This document shows, in pieces, positions 25,739-37,829 of a stretch of DNA of 64,000 nucleotides (the stretch's first letter is position 1; each line of letters starts with the position of its first letter). Made by a program: the position numbers and the translations under genes. The DNA is from Octopus sinensis (lineage: Eukaryota): positions 134,292,001 through 134,356,000 of the forward strand of contig NC_043001.1 of assembly GCF_006345805.1 (NCBI RefSeq), given 5' to 3'. The notes below the pieces were generated by a model. It had not been told where the DNA came from and did not search any database. It worked only from the letters and a program-made list of their open reading frames with translations.

Positions 25739-26023
25739 TAGTTGCAATAATAGAAGGGAGGAGTATTGTTGTATAGCCCCAAATCAACCCTTGTTATGCA
25801 AACATATGATCAAAAGCACCCCACCCATAATCTCACTGTCCTTTCCTTGGGCAAATGAGTTGCTAAGACTACATTATTCTTTGTATCCTTGCCTTTTCAA
25901 TGGGGTGGTGTGTAATTTAAGAGAGATTCTGCTGCTATCACTTGCAGACTCACCAGTCACAAAAAGTTCCCTCAATGAAAGAAAGGTTGTTGTATGAAGT
26001 GTGAATTTAGTGTAGAAAACATA

Positions 26024-26893
26024 CAAGGTGGTATCAAAAAGTTCCTGGAGTAATGTATATAAATAACTTATTTACCTAAGTTTTAACATCATCTCCTTCA
26101 AAATAGTCACCTTGCACAGCAATATACCAGTCCCAGCATTTCTTCCACTTTTGGAATCTGGCCTAGAAGTCATTCTCCATAAGTGAGTTGAGGATCTTCT
26201 GTAATTTGTTCTTGATCTCATGTTAAAATGGCAACTTTTGAGCTGCATTTTCATCTTGGGGAAGAGATGCCATACCATGTTGCTTTGGCAAGAAACTCAC
26301 AAGTAAGGAGAGGTCGGTAGCAGGGTACATTGTTGTCGTAAAGAATCCAATTCTTCATGGACGTTAGGATTGCGTGCATGGACACATATGATGGACCAAC
26401 AACATCAATAATGACACTGATTCTCCTTTTATGATCCCCATGCACAAGCTGATGAATTTTCTCCACATTTTCAGGGGTGATGCTCATGGCAAGTCTTCCA
26501 GATTTCTCATCACCTTCCAGGGATGTTCTTTTGCTTCTGAAGTGCCCATGCCACTCGAAACATTGCATACAACCCATTACCTCATTGCTGTAAGCTTGCT
26601 GAAGTATGCTCAACATCTCTGTAGTGTAGCAGACTTCCCAAGTTCAATGCAAAATTCCACATTTGCTTTTTGTTCCAATTTACTATCCCTGACAAAGGTT
26701 GCACACGTGTATGCTGTAGCATACACGTGATCACAAAAACACAAATTTCACAACTTGTGAAGTAAACACAGTAATGTCACTCAGCACACTGCTTCATGAA
26801 GGTCACTGCTAGCTCTCACTGCACACACAACCATGTGCTGCCATCTGTTGGTGTGCTACAGAACTAATCCAGGAACTTTTTGATACCACCTCA
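26024..26893 (-). mobile_element. Internally deleted mariner transposon
   Basis: TIRs CAAGGTGGTATCAAAAAGTTCCTGGA with TA TSD; HTH region LQQAY...CFEWH..F..KRTSLE.DEKSGR fused to C-terminal WILYDNNVP / LFPKMK. Confidence 0.9.
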
Positions 26894-28663
26894 TATTCAG
26901 AAGCAATGGGGCCAATATGAGAGAGCAGGGGAAGGGGAGGGAGAGGGATTATACAGAGTAAATCTAGTTTAATCCCGACATAATATTGGAAACAGTTTGA
27001 TAGAATAAAATATTTGATAAAATCTAAAATCTTCCAAATTATAGATTTCAAAGTAAATCTCCTTAAAAACTCAAATTTTTTTTCTTTTTATTGGAAAATA
27101 CCATAATTTCTATTAAGTTAGCCTCTCAATGCTATGATTTTGTAGAACACCAACTAGTTAGTTCTACTTGTTAGGAATTGCCAGATAAAATTGGTTCAGT
27201 GTTGAAAGGTATATTATTAATTTTTTTTTTTTTCTTTCTTGTTGTGACTATTGAAACTCAAATTCTTCAGTACTGAAATAACCTGTCTTTGGTAAAACAG
27301 TATCTGTAGATCTGTTGCAGTGAAATCATGAAGTAAAGGAGATTATCTGTATTGATTATTTAGTGGAAATAAAAATTCCTAAATATCCAATCTAATTTCA
27401 ATCCCATTTTAATTTCACAGATCACTGCTATTTCATCACAATAAACGTAACGGTCTCCATCTATGATCACTAGTCATGTAGAAACTGGAATTTCCTTGGA
27501 GTCTACATATAAACATATTACAGCAATATTCCAGCAACTTCCTTCTTTTCTATGTAGAGATTGCTTATTAATTGTTTCTGTGATTATGGCATGAAATTTT
27601 GATGCAATGAATAAATTTGTCACACCAATCAGTCATTGCATGAATGATTTAACTGCCTGTCAAAACTGAATTCTAATATGCAGCAGCACCACTACCAACA
27701 CTATTTCCTTGGTTCCTTCTTCCACTGTTATCAGTAACTTTACAGAATTACAGAAAAAAAATACCAAAAAAATCATAAGCACTACTCCATCCTCGGTGAC
27801 TAAAAAGTAAGCAAAAAACAAAAATAAAATTCTTAATTTACATGTTCCCTGTGTGTATTAATGGTTTCATTAATGTAAGCACAGGCATGTTGTAAAACAA
27901 GAAGCTTACTTTGCAATCACATGATTTGGGGTTCAGTCTCACTATGTGGCACCCAAATTGAGCAATGCCTTGTGATGTAAATCTGTAGACAGTAACTGTG
28001 TGGAAGCCTGTTGTATGTATGTATGTATGTATGTGTGTGTGTGTGTGTGTATTTATGTACATGTCTATGCGCATGTGTCTTTGTGTCTCTAGTCGTCATC
28101 CACCACCTATCACTGCTTGACAACCAGTGTTGGTTTGTTTATGTTCCTGTAACTTAGTAGCTCAGCAAAAAAGCCCAACAGAATAATTAGTGGATTTCAA
28201 AAAAAAAAGAATGCAAGTACTAGGGTTAAGTTGCTCAACTAAATGCCTTGAAAGCATGTGGTTTCAGGTTCAGTCCCATAGTGCAGCACCTTAGGAAAGT
28301 GCTTTTTACTACAGCTCTGGCCAACCAAAGCCTTGTTAATGAATTTGGTAGGTGGAATCGGAAAAGAAGTTCCTTGCATATGAGTGAGCGTATGTGTATG
28401 GCCTGCAATAATACACCCCACCACACACACACACACACATATACATACATACATAAGGAGGTGCATGGCTTAGTGGTTAGGGAATTGCACTCAAGATTGT
28501 GAGATTGAGGTTTCAATTCCTGGACTGGGAGAAGCATTGTGTGTTTGTGTGTACACGCATGTGCATATGTGTATGTGTATTTTGTCTCCTTGATTTGGCA
28601 TTGCACACTGTGAACAAATATCACTATTATACAAGCAGTACTGTTTGTTGGCAATATCCTGTA

Positions 28664-29489
28664 ATGCTCATGTGATGTGTATGACTGTGGACAGCTGTGT
28701 GAAGAAGTGCTAATCTCTACCAGTGCAAGGAAGCTATGGAAGAGGAAGATCCAGGGAGTCATGGGATGAGGTGGTGAAGCATGACTGGACTAGAGGAAAA
28801 TATTACATTGCTTGGAAACAGGTTGGGGTTAGTGACAGAAAGAGCATCCAGCCATAGAAAAATTGTCTTAATGAATCTTGCCTGACCCTGTAAGCATAGA
28901 TAAGCAGAAATTAAAACAATGATGAGGATGATAACAATCTTGTTTCAAGAACACTTTCATGGATCCTGTTCATAGAAATTGTTCCAAAGACTGAACTGTG
29001 ATATGGATGAAAATATATATTTATAACCAAAATTACTCAAAATACAAGAAATTAAAAGAACACAACATAATAATGGTTTCTAATATATTTCTAAGGTCAT
29101 GCATTTTAATAGAGAGTCAATTAGACCAATCCCAGTATGATACGTGTATTTATTTTACAATCTCAGAACGGGTGAAAGAGATTAAGTCAGCCATAGCATT
29201 ATGTAAAAGGATATGATTTAATACCACAAGACATTTTGTCCACTGTTGTACTAATTCTGCCAAACCAATATCCTGTAATAGTACATAAAAGGATATATTT
29301 TAATACTGATATGAAATTTATGTTAAGAGGCATCAGATGTGATGTGCAAGAGAGACGACTGCATTGGTATGCTCATGTGATGTGTATGACTGTGGACAGC
29401 TGTGTGAAGAAGTGCTAATCTCTACCAGTGCAAGGAAGCTATGGAAGAGGAAGACCCAGGGAGACATGGGATGAAGTGGTGAAGCATGA
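28664..29489 (+). repeat. 121 bp local direct duplication: 28664-28784 = 29369-29489
   Basis: Near-identical RTE fragment that shares the inactivating stop (AAGTGCTAA). Confidence 0.9.
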
Positions 29490-30027
29490 TCTTTGAACAG
29501 TGGGCCTCAAGAAGACAATGAATAGTGACCGAGACCTTTGGTGATATGCCGTGCTTGAGGAGACCCGTCAAGTGAAATCATAGTTGTGGCCATTGTTAGT
29601 GTCACGTAACTGGCACTCATGCTGGTAGTACGTAAAGAACACTTTTCAAGCATTGGGCCTCATGGAAGCAATGTGGCCAATGTCAGTGTTGCATAACTAG
29701 CACCCATGCTAGTGGCACATAAAAAGTACCTCTCAAGCACCGGGCCTCACAGAGGCAATGATAAGTGACTGATACCTTTGGCATCAAGCCAAATTAAATT
29801 GTTGTCGTGGCAGATACTGGTGTCACACAACTGACACCCATGCCGGTGGTACGTAAAAGCACCCATTACACTCTCAGAATAGTTGGAGTTAGGAAGGACA
29901 TCCAGCCATAGAAACTATGCCGTATCAGATTGGAGTCTGGTGCAGCCCCTCATCTCACCAGCCCTGGTCAAACCATTCAACCCATGTCAGCATGGACAAT
30001 GGATGTTAAATGATGATGATGATGATG
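29326..30027 (+). mobile_element. RTE LINE 3' end: ORF2 C-terminus followed by the family D UTR
   Basis: RRLHWYAHV...GRGRPRETWDEVVKHDL...DRDLW, then tandem units, family D core and (GAT)n. Confidence 0.88.
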
Positions 30028-30619
30028 GTGAAGTTTGTTTCCCTTACTTCATGGTTCCGGGTTCAGACTCACTGTGTGACATCTTGGACAACAATGGGCT
30101 TCTTTCAGTTTCCATCTTCCAAAAGCACCCACAAGGCTTTGGTTGGCCTGAGGCTATAATAGAAGACACTTGCCCAATGTACCACACAGTGAAATTAAAC
30201 CTTGAACCATGTGGTTGGGAAGTAAGCTTCTTATCACACAGTCCTATATATATATATACAATATCCTTACGTATGTCATGTCTGTTTTCATTATTCCACT
30301 TCATTCTGTATTTTATATCTTCTCTATAATAGCTATTACTTGTTTATTTTTTTGCACCATCTCTGATAAAGGGAGATATAAAATATCCCGGAAACAGCTG
30401 TAAGACCTTCTCTTTATAAATGTTCTAAAATCTTTATAGCCTTGGGTTTTTTATTTCATTCTATTAATTTTTTATATATATGCCTGCTAATACACGACCT
30501 GCGTTGGACGCCTCATTCATATCATTATCAAACCTGAAGCTTAACTATAGTCTGTCCATAGCACTTACTCAGCATTACCTGACACCTCTGGGTCTTCTTG
30601 ACATCAGTACTTCTCATAT

Positions 30620-30671
<52 letters not shown>

Positions 30672-30674
<3 letters not shown>

Positions 30675-31746
30675 AAGCCATCTCATACGTCTTTGTGTGA
30701 GGAGTGCAAACATGCTTGGTATTCCTGCTTGCTTGAAGTCATCTTTGTTAGGGACATGATTCTGCCATTTCATGCCAAGAATTTTCCAGAGACAACGCAG
30801 GTGAAAGATATTTAGGCGACGCTCTTGGTGTGTGTATACTATCCAGGTCTCACTGCCTTACCATAGAGTGCTAAGTACACATGCCTAGTAAATCTTCATT
30901 TTTGTGGTCTTGGTTAGCTTATTGTTGTCCCATGCCTGTTTGGAGAGTTGGGCCATCACAGCAGCTGCCTTGCCAATGTGTATATTGAGCTCGGCATCAA
31001 GGGATAGGTTGTAGGTGATGGTAGAGCCAAGATAGGTAAACTTCTTCACCTCTTGTAGTCTGTGGTCTCCAATATGTATGTTTGGGATGTCCGATGTAGC
31101 CTGACCCATGTTGTTGGTCTTCTTGAGGCTGATAACTAAGCCAAAGTTGCTACATGCTTGCTCAGAGCAGTTGATGAGCCTTTGCAGGGCTTCTTCTGTG
31201 TGTGATACCAGAGCAGCAGCATCAGCAAAGAGCATCCCCTTGATCAGGATGCTTCTGATTTTGGTCTTGGCATGCAGACGCAAGAGATTGAACATGTTAG
31301 TCGTAAGGAAGATGGCAGAATCCCCAAGGACATACTCTATGGAGAGCTTGTTAGGGGCACTAGGTCTGTGGGAAGACCGTTCTTATGATACAAGGATGTT
31401 TGCAAAAGGGATATGAAGGCCTGCAACATCAATATTAGTAACTGGGAAGCAGTTGCCAGCAACCGTGGAGATTGGCAACGCATTGTAGAAGAGGAAACAC
31501 AAAGGAGTGACAGAGGGAGAGAGGAGAAATGGAAAGACAGGAAAAGACATCAATAAGAAACTATGACATTACAAACAGCCAGGCAAAGTCTTTGCTACAT
31601 TTGCGGCACCTGCCAGAGGCAATATTTGTCCAGGATAGGACTACACAGCCACAGTAGATGTATTAGGACATGAAATGTAAAAACCAGATTGGAATATTTT
31701 ATGCACAACTCCATTATCTCCCAAAACAAAAGGATGTCAACAACAA
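30672..31746 (+). mobile_element. RTE (BovB-like) LINE with inverted 5' segment: 30672-31295 minus, 31293-31746 plus
   Basis: Minus: MLFADAAAL, ISLKKT, FTYLGS, RRMRWLG. Plus: HVSRKEDGRIPKDILYGEL...GRP..YKD.CKRDM...C..C....SRIGLHSH; (CAA)n end. Confidence 0.9.
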
Positions 31747-33499
31747 TGTGTGTGTGTGTGTGATGGACTCTCCCTTTGAAGACAATGTATGAGTGGTTCA
31801 TCTTTTGCTGAACAACTTGTACAAATGATTTGTTTATTGTGATTAAAAGTATGTGCCATACATTAACTCATTCACTCCATTAAATCGACATTGCTTGAAC
31901 AGATGCACAGTGTACCACAAGTCAGGTGTTGAAGGGATTGTAGAGCAATATATATATACACGTAAAAGCAATATATATATATATATATATATACAGGTAA
32001 AAAGCACCAACTGATCGTAGCCGTTTGCCAGCCTCCTCTGGCCCCTGTGCTGGTGGCACGTAATAAGCGCCCACTACACTCATGGAGTGGTTGGCGTTAG
32101 GAATGGCAGCCAGCTGTAGAAACATTGCCAGATCAGACTGGATCCTGGTGCAGCCTCCTGGCTTCCCAGACCCTGGTCGAACTGTCCAACCCATGCTAGC
32201 ATGGAAAACGGATGTTAAACGATGATGATGATGATATATATATATATATATATATGTCTGTCACTCTTAGAAAGGACCTGAGGTTAGTTGTCTCGCTTGA
32301 CTGTTCCTTACTCTCAGGTGTTTTCTTACATCTGGTGCGTAGAGAATATATTCTCTTATGCCTAAAAACTGCAACCAACCCACAAACTAACAATAGACAT
32401 ACCTTGTGTATGTATGTTCAATTTTGTTCATATATATGTATACATATTGTTAAGGCATGAATTTTGTTTGACCCTCTGGCCAATAACTAATGGGGATTTG
32501 GGGACCTTCTGTGTCTGTTTCTTGTTTGTTTGTGCATTTATTATATTTTCAACTTATGATACACACGCGCATGTGCGCACACACACACAACAGGCTTTTT
32601 TCAGTTTCTGTCTACCAGATCCACTCACAAGGCTTTAGTCAGCCTGTAACTATAGTGGAAAACACTTGCCCAAGGTACCACAGAGTACAACAGATCTCAG
32701 AACCATGTGATTGGGAAATAAACTTCTTACAACACAGCCATGCTTGTGCCTAAAAGAAATACAAGAAACAAATTGAATGATGTAAGAGAGAATGTTCTCC
32801 TTACTTAAGAAATATTAAACCTAGTAAATCAAAGAAACTAAGAGAGGATGAACAAAATATGAAACATTCTACAACTGAATGCTAAACAATATACAAAGGA
32901 AATGCTTGCTAAATTAAAAAGTTATAGGATAAAGGACAGATAGGAAAAGGAAGCAATTGCATATGTAATAATGATGGGAAATATTTGATGAAAATTAAAT
33001 AAAGCAAAAATGAACAAACTATGTGATGAACTTTCAAATGATAAGGAAGGCAGGATATGGTGGAATCAGCAGTAAAAAAATGATGGAATTATATCAAGTG
33101 TATTTTTGACAAATGTAATTTACCAATGATATGTATAAATACCTCTTCCACCTAAAATAAATGTGAATTTTGAACCATGAAGAATTAGAAAATGTGAGTA
33201 TTATTAAATAGATTAAGGTATCTCGGCAGGACTTTATTATTCATATGACATAAGAGAGAATCTTAAGTTGTGTGTGTGTCTGTGTGAGCATATGTGTATA
33301 CACATGAATGTATATGTATGTGTGTATATAAATAAATATAAATATGTATATATATATATGTGTGTGTGTATGAATTTTTGTGTGTGTGTGTGTGTGTGTA
33401 TAAAATGATATATAATATATATATATGTGTGTGTGTAAGATATGTAAACGTAAGATCCAAGGATCAAGGTGTAGGAAGTTAGTAAGCTTCAAGTAGTCT

Positions 33500-33842
33500 G
33501 TAGAAGGCACCTTGGGCAAGTGTCTTCTACTATAGCCTTGGGCCAACCAAAGCCTTGTGAGTGGATTTGGTAGACGGAAACTGAAAGAAGCCCATCACAT
33601 ATATGTATATATATATGTGTGTGTTTGTGTGTCTGTGTTTGTCCCCCCAACATCGCTTGACAACCGATGCTGGTGCGTTTACGTCCCCGCAATTTAGCGG
33701 TTCGGCAAAAGAGACTGATAGAATAAGTACGAGGCTTACAAATAATAAATCCTGGGATTGATTTGCTTGACTAAGGGCAGTGCCCCAGCATGGCCGCAGT
33801 CAAATGACTGAAAAAAGTAAAAAAGTAAAGAGTAAAAGAGAG
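33500..33842 (+). mobile_element. SINE family C, 5' truncated
   Basis: Matches the 43342 and 62615 copies. Confidence 0.87.
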
Positions 33843-34334
33843 AAAGTATATATATATATATATATACATACAAATTATCATCATCATCATCATCAGTGTC
33901 CACTTTCCACACTGGGGGGTGGTTTGACAGGAGATGGATAGCCAGAAGACAGAACCAAGCTCTACTGTCTCTACAGCTGGATGCCTGCCCTTCCTAATGC
34001 CAACTGCTTTATAGAGTGTATTAGTGTACTGGATGGTTTTTGCATGGTACCAGCAACAGTGAGATCACCAAGTAGCTTGCAAGACAAGAACTGCTCAACT
34101 TTGCAGCAAGTATTACTGAAGTGGGTGGCTTTGTGCCAAGTGATAAGAGGTTAGAGTATGATTGAGGGACAGAGATAGGTACCTTGCAGTAGAGGTGATG
34201 CATGGCTACTCTAGTTGGAAAAAGAGAAAGGAGAGGAGAAAGAGAGAGGAGAGAAAAGGAGAAAGAAAGAGGAAAGAGAGGGAGAAGATGAAGATGAAGA
34301 TATGCCAGTATGTGGCCTCAAGTTAGAGGGAAGT

Positions 34335-34701
34335 GGAAGCACTCCGTCGGTTACGACGACGAGGGTTCCAGTTGATCCGAATCAACGGAACAGCCTGCTC
34401 ATGAAATTATCGTGTAAGTGGCTGAGCACTCCACAGACACGTGTACCCTTAATGTAGTTCTTGGGGATATTCAGCGTGACACAGAGAGTGACAAGGCCGG
34501 CCCTTTGAAATACAGATACAACAGAAACAGGAAGTAAGAGTGAGAGAAAGTTGTGGTGAAAGAGTACAGCAGGGATCACCACCATTCCCTGCCGGAGCCT
34601 CGTGGAACTTTTAGGTGTTTTCTCTCAATAAACACTCACAACGCCTGGTCTGGGAATCAAAACCACGATCCTATGACCGCGAGTCCGCTGCCCTAACCAC
34701 T
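34335..34701 (-). mobile_element. SINE head A with tail 1
   Basis: Matches other copies; lacks the first ~15 nt. Confidence 0.9.
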
Positions 34702-35146
34702 GGAGGGAAGTATACCTAAGTGAAATGCTGCAGAAGATTGGATAGGGAGAGAAGGTACGTAAGTTGAGGAGAGTGCAAAAGGAGAGTGGGAGATAGAAAG
34801 GATGGAATGCAATTAGTGGTGAACATGAGTGGAGGAAAGAAGTGTTAGGAAGATGAGATGTTGGGGAGATATTTGTCAGGGTCAGATTGTGTGCAAGGTC
34901 ATAGACAAATGACATGCCTTTAGGGTCACAGTTTTACTTAGACGGATGGGTCTTCGCAAGCACGGCAAATTGCCAATCATCTTGGTCCCTGTCATCTTCT
35001 CTGTGAGGCTCAACATCTGAATGTCAGTTTTCACCACATTGTCCATGTCTTCCCGAGTCCTCTTCCACAGGTTCCATCTATGTTTAACAATCAGCACTTC
35101 TTTATGCAGCTGCTGTCCCCATCCATTTGTATGACATAACCATAAC

Positions 35147-35418
35147 ATGGAAGAGGAAGACCCAGGGAGTCATGGGATGAGGTGGTGAAGCATGATCTTT
35201 GAACAGTGGGCCTCAAGAGCGTCGCCTAAATATCTTTCACCTGCGTTTTCTCTGGAAAATTCTTGGCATGAAATGGCAGAATCGTGTCCCCAACAAAGAT
35301 GACTTCAAGCAAGCAGGAATACCAAGCATGTTTGCACTCCTCACACAAAGACGTATGAGATGGCTTGGATATATATAATATATATATATATATATAGGAT
35401 ATGAGAAGTACTGATGTC
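35147..35418. repeat. Mosaic templated insertion: copy of 29441-29512 (direct) plus copy of 30600-30827 (inverted)
   Basis: Both pieces near-identical to their templates, joined at a shared CAAGA. Confidence 0.9.
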
Positions 35419-35489
35419 TCTTCTGGCTTTTTAACTCTTCTGATATATTCAGAAATTTTCTCCTTTATCTTGGTGTTTAACTTGTGCCT

Positions 35490-36745
35490 GTAGGTGTGAT
35501 ATGTTACTATGCAGGAGTTGTGGAATGGACAAAGGAAGAACTTGTCAGCATCAATAGAAAAACTAGGAAAGTAATGGCTATGCATAGCTGCCCTCATACT
35601 AGAAGTAACATAGCAAGGTTTCACTTACCTAGGAAGGAAAGCAGAAGAGGACTGGCTTGAATAGAGGATAGTTGTGAAGGAGATGAACTCCTTGCATGCC
35701 TATCTGAGGAATAGTGATGAAAGAATGTTGCAGGCTGCATGGGGTGAGATGATCAGTAATAATGAGGATACCCTCCAGATGTACAATATGAGGAGTAGGA
35801 GGCACAATGGCCCAGTGGTTAGGGCAGCAGACTCGCGGTTTCGATTCCAAGACCAGGCGTTGTGAGTGTTTATTGAGCGAAAACACCTAAAGCTCCACGA
35901 GGCTCCGGCAGGGGATGGTGGCGATCCCAGCTGTACTCTTTCACCACAACTTTCTCTCACTCTTACTTCCTGTTTCTGTTGTACCTGTATTTCAAGGGAC
36001 CGGCCTTGTCACTCTCTGTGTCACGCTGAATATCCCTGAGAACTACGTTAAGGGTACACATGTCTGTGAAGTACTCAGCCACTTACACGTTAATTTCACG
36101 AGCAGGCTGTTCCGTTGATTCGTATCAACCGGAACCCTCGTCATCGTAACCGACGGAGTGCTTCCATCCATAAGGAGTAACAGAGAAAAGATCATCAATT
36201 GGAAAGAGAAAGTCCTACACGAACAACAAACAGTGGATGAAGCTGATGAAGAATCTTGGAGATGGTTAAGACAGTTTTTTAAAGAAGGAGATGGAAGGAT
36301 TGATTCTTGCTGCTCAAGAACAAGCTTTATGAAGTAATTCAATGAATTGTAATATTGATAAGACAGTAGTATCACCTTTGTGTAGACTATGTGGAAAATC
36401 ATCGTTCAAAATTAGCCTAAAAGGTGTACAAAAACGCCACAACAAAGTGGCAGTATGAATACACTGGGAGTTGTGCAAGAAGTATAGGCTAGAATGTTCC
36501 AACAAGTGGTATGAGCATCAACTTTTACCAGCAGCAGAGAATGATTGGGTGAAACTCATACGGGATATGCCAATATACGTAAATAAAATGCTGCCCAAAT
36601 ATTGCTCTCTTTGAGATAGTTTCAAGTGCACCAATCATGATAAGTGCCACACTCACTTTTGAGGTTCTATGGATTCTTTTCCTTTCCAATCCTAGGCCTT
36701 GGTACTTCTTGACTTTCTCATCCTCTCTCTTCACAATTGCATGAC
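35490..36745 (+). mobile_element. Decayed R4/Dong-clade LINE, with nested SINE A (35798-36169) and an inverted C-terminal piece (~36598-36745)
   Basis: WT.EEL...RKTRK, LPRKE.RRGL, QEQAL, CRLCG, RHNKVA..IHWELC, WYEH; minus-strand EK.KKY..L...IGAL; SINE TSD ATRAGGAGTA. Confidence 0.8.
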
Positions 36746-36779
36746 TAAAACTTCATGACTTACAAATATACACAATATA

Positions 36780-37205
36780 GGCAATGCACACTTATTACAT
36801 TGAGTACTTTCAATAGAGTAAAAACAACAAAACCTAAACAAAACAAAGCACAGAGCTGCATTCAGTACAGCAGGAGAAACTTGCAATAAAAATAAAGCTT
36901 CTGAATAATAATAATAATAATAATAAATAGAAGTAACTCAAATGTGGAGTCTAAAAACAGAAACAATTCCTATCATAGTAGGCGCATTAGGTATGATAAA
37001 AAAATATTCAGACAAATACATAACAAAAACACCAGGACTAACAAGTATATATAACAGAGAAAATTGCACTACAAGGCACTGCACACATCCTATATAAAAC
37101 ACTTTCAATACAGTAAAAATAAGAGCATCACAACAAACCATAGCACACAGAGCTGTGCTTGGTAGTGCAGGGAAAGCATGGGATAAAAATAAGACTACTG
37201 AATGA
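36780..37205 (+). mobile_element. Two tandem Dong/R4-like 3' ends around (AAT)n
   Basis: MWSLKTETIPIIVGALGMIKK...GTAHIL.KTLSIQ*; both UTRs end in CTGAAT.ATAAT. Confidence 0.75.
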
Positions 37206-37829
37206 TAATTGTTTCTACTATAGGCACAAGGCCTAAAATTTTGGTGGGGGTGCAGTCGATTTGATCAACCCCAGTATGCAACTGGTACTTAATTTATCAA
37301 CCTCAAAAAGATGAAAGGCAAAGTCGACCTCAGCGGAATTTGAACTCAGAACATAGTGATGGGCAAAATATAGACTACTGAATAGACCCATCAAGCCAAG
37401 TGCATCCGTGCTTGTAACATGTAAAGAGCATCTTTCAAGTGTTGAGCTTCAAGGAGGCAAGGTGGCTGAGTCACTTTTGAGCGTTGGGCCTCACAGGGGC
37501 AATGACCAAGATCTTAGGTATCATGTCGTGCTTGAGAAGACCCATCAAGCCGAGCAAAATTGCAGTCATGACAGATACTGGTGTCATGCAAATTGGCACC
37601 TATGCCAGTGGAACATAAATGCAACCAGGTATCATGTAAATGGCACATAAGAGCACCCATTACACTCACAGTGGTTGGCATTAGGAAGGGCATCCAGTTG
37701 TAAAAAAACCATGTCAAATCAGACTGGAGTCTGGTGAAATCTTCCAGTGTGTCAGCACAGTGAAACTGTCCAACCCATGCCAGCATGGACAATGGATGTT
37801 AAATGATGATAATGATAATGATTTCAAAT

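Noticed and set aside
15523-36118. Recurrent MVVIPAVLFHHNF... ORF suggesting a gene family
   Set aside because: It is the body of SINE A.
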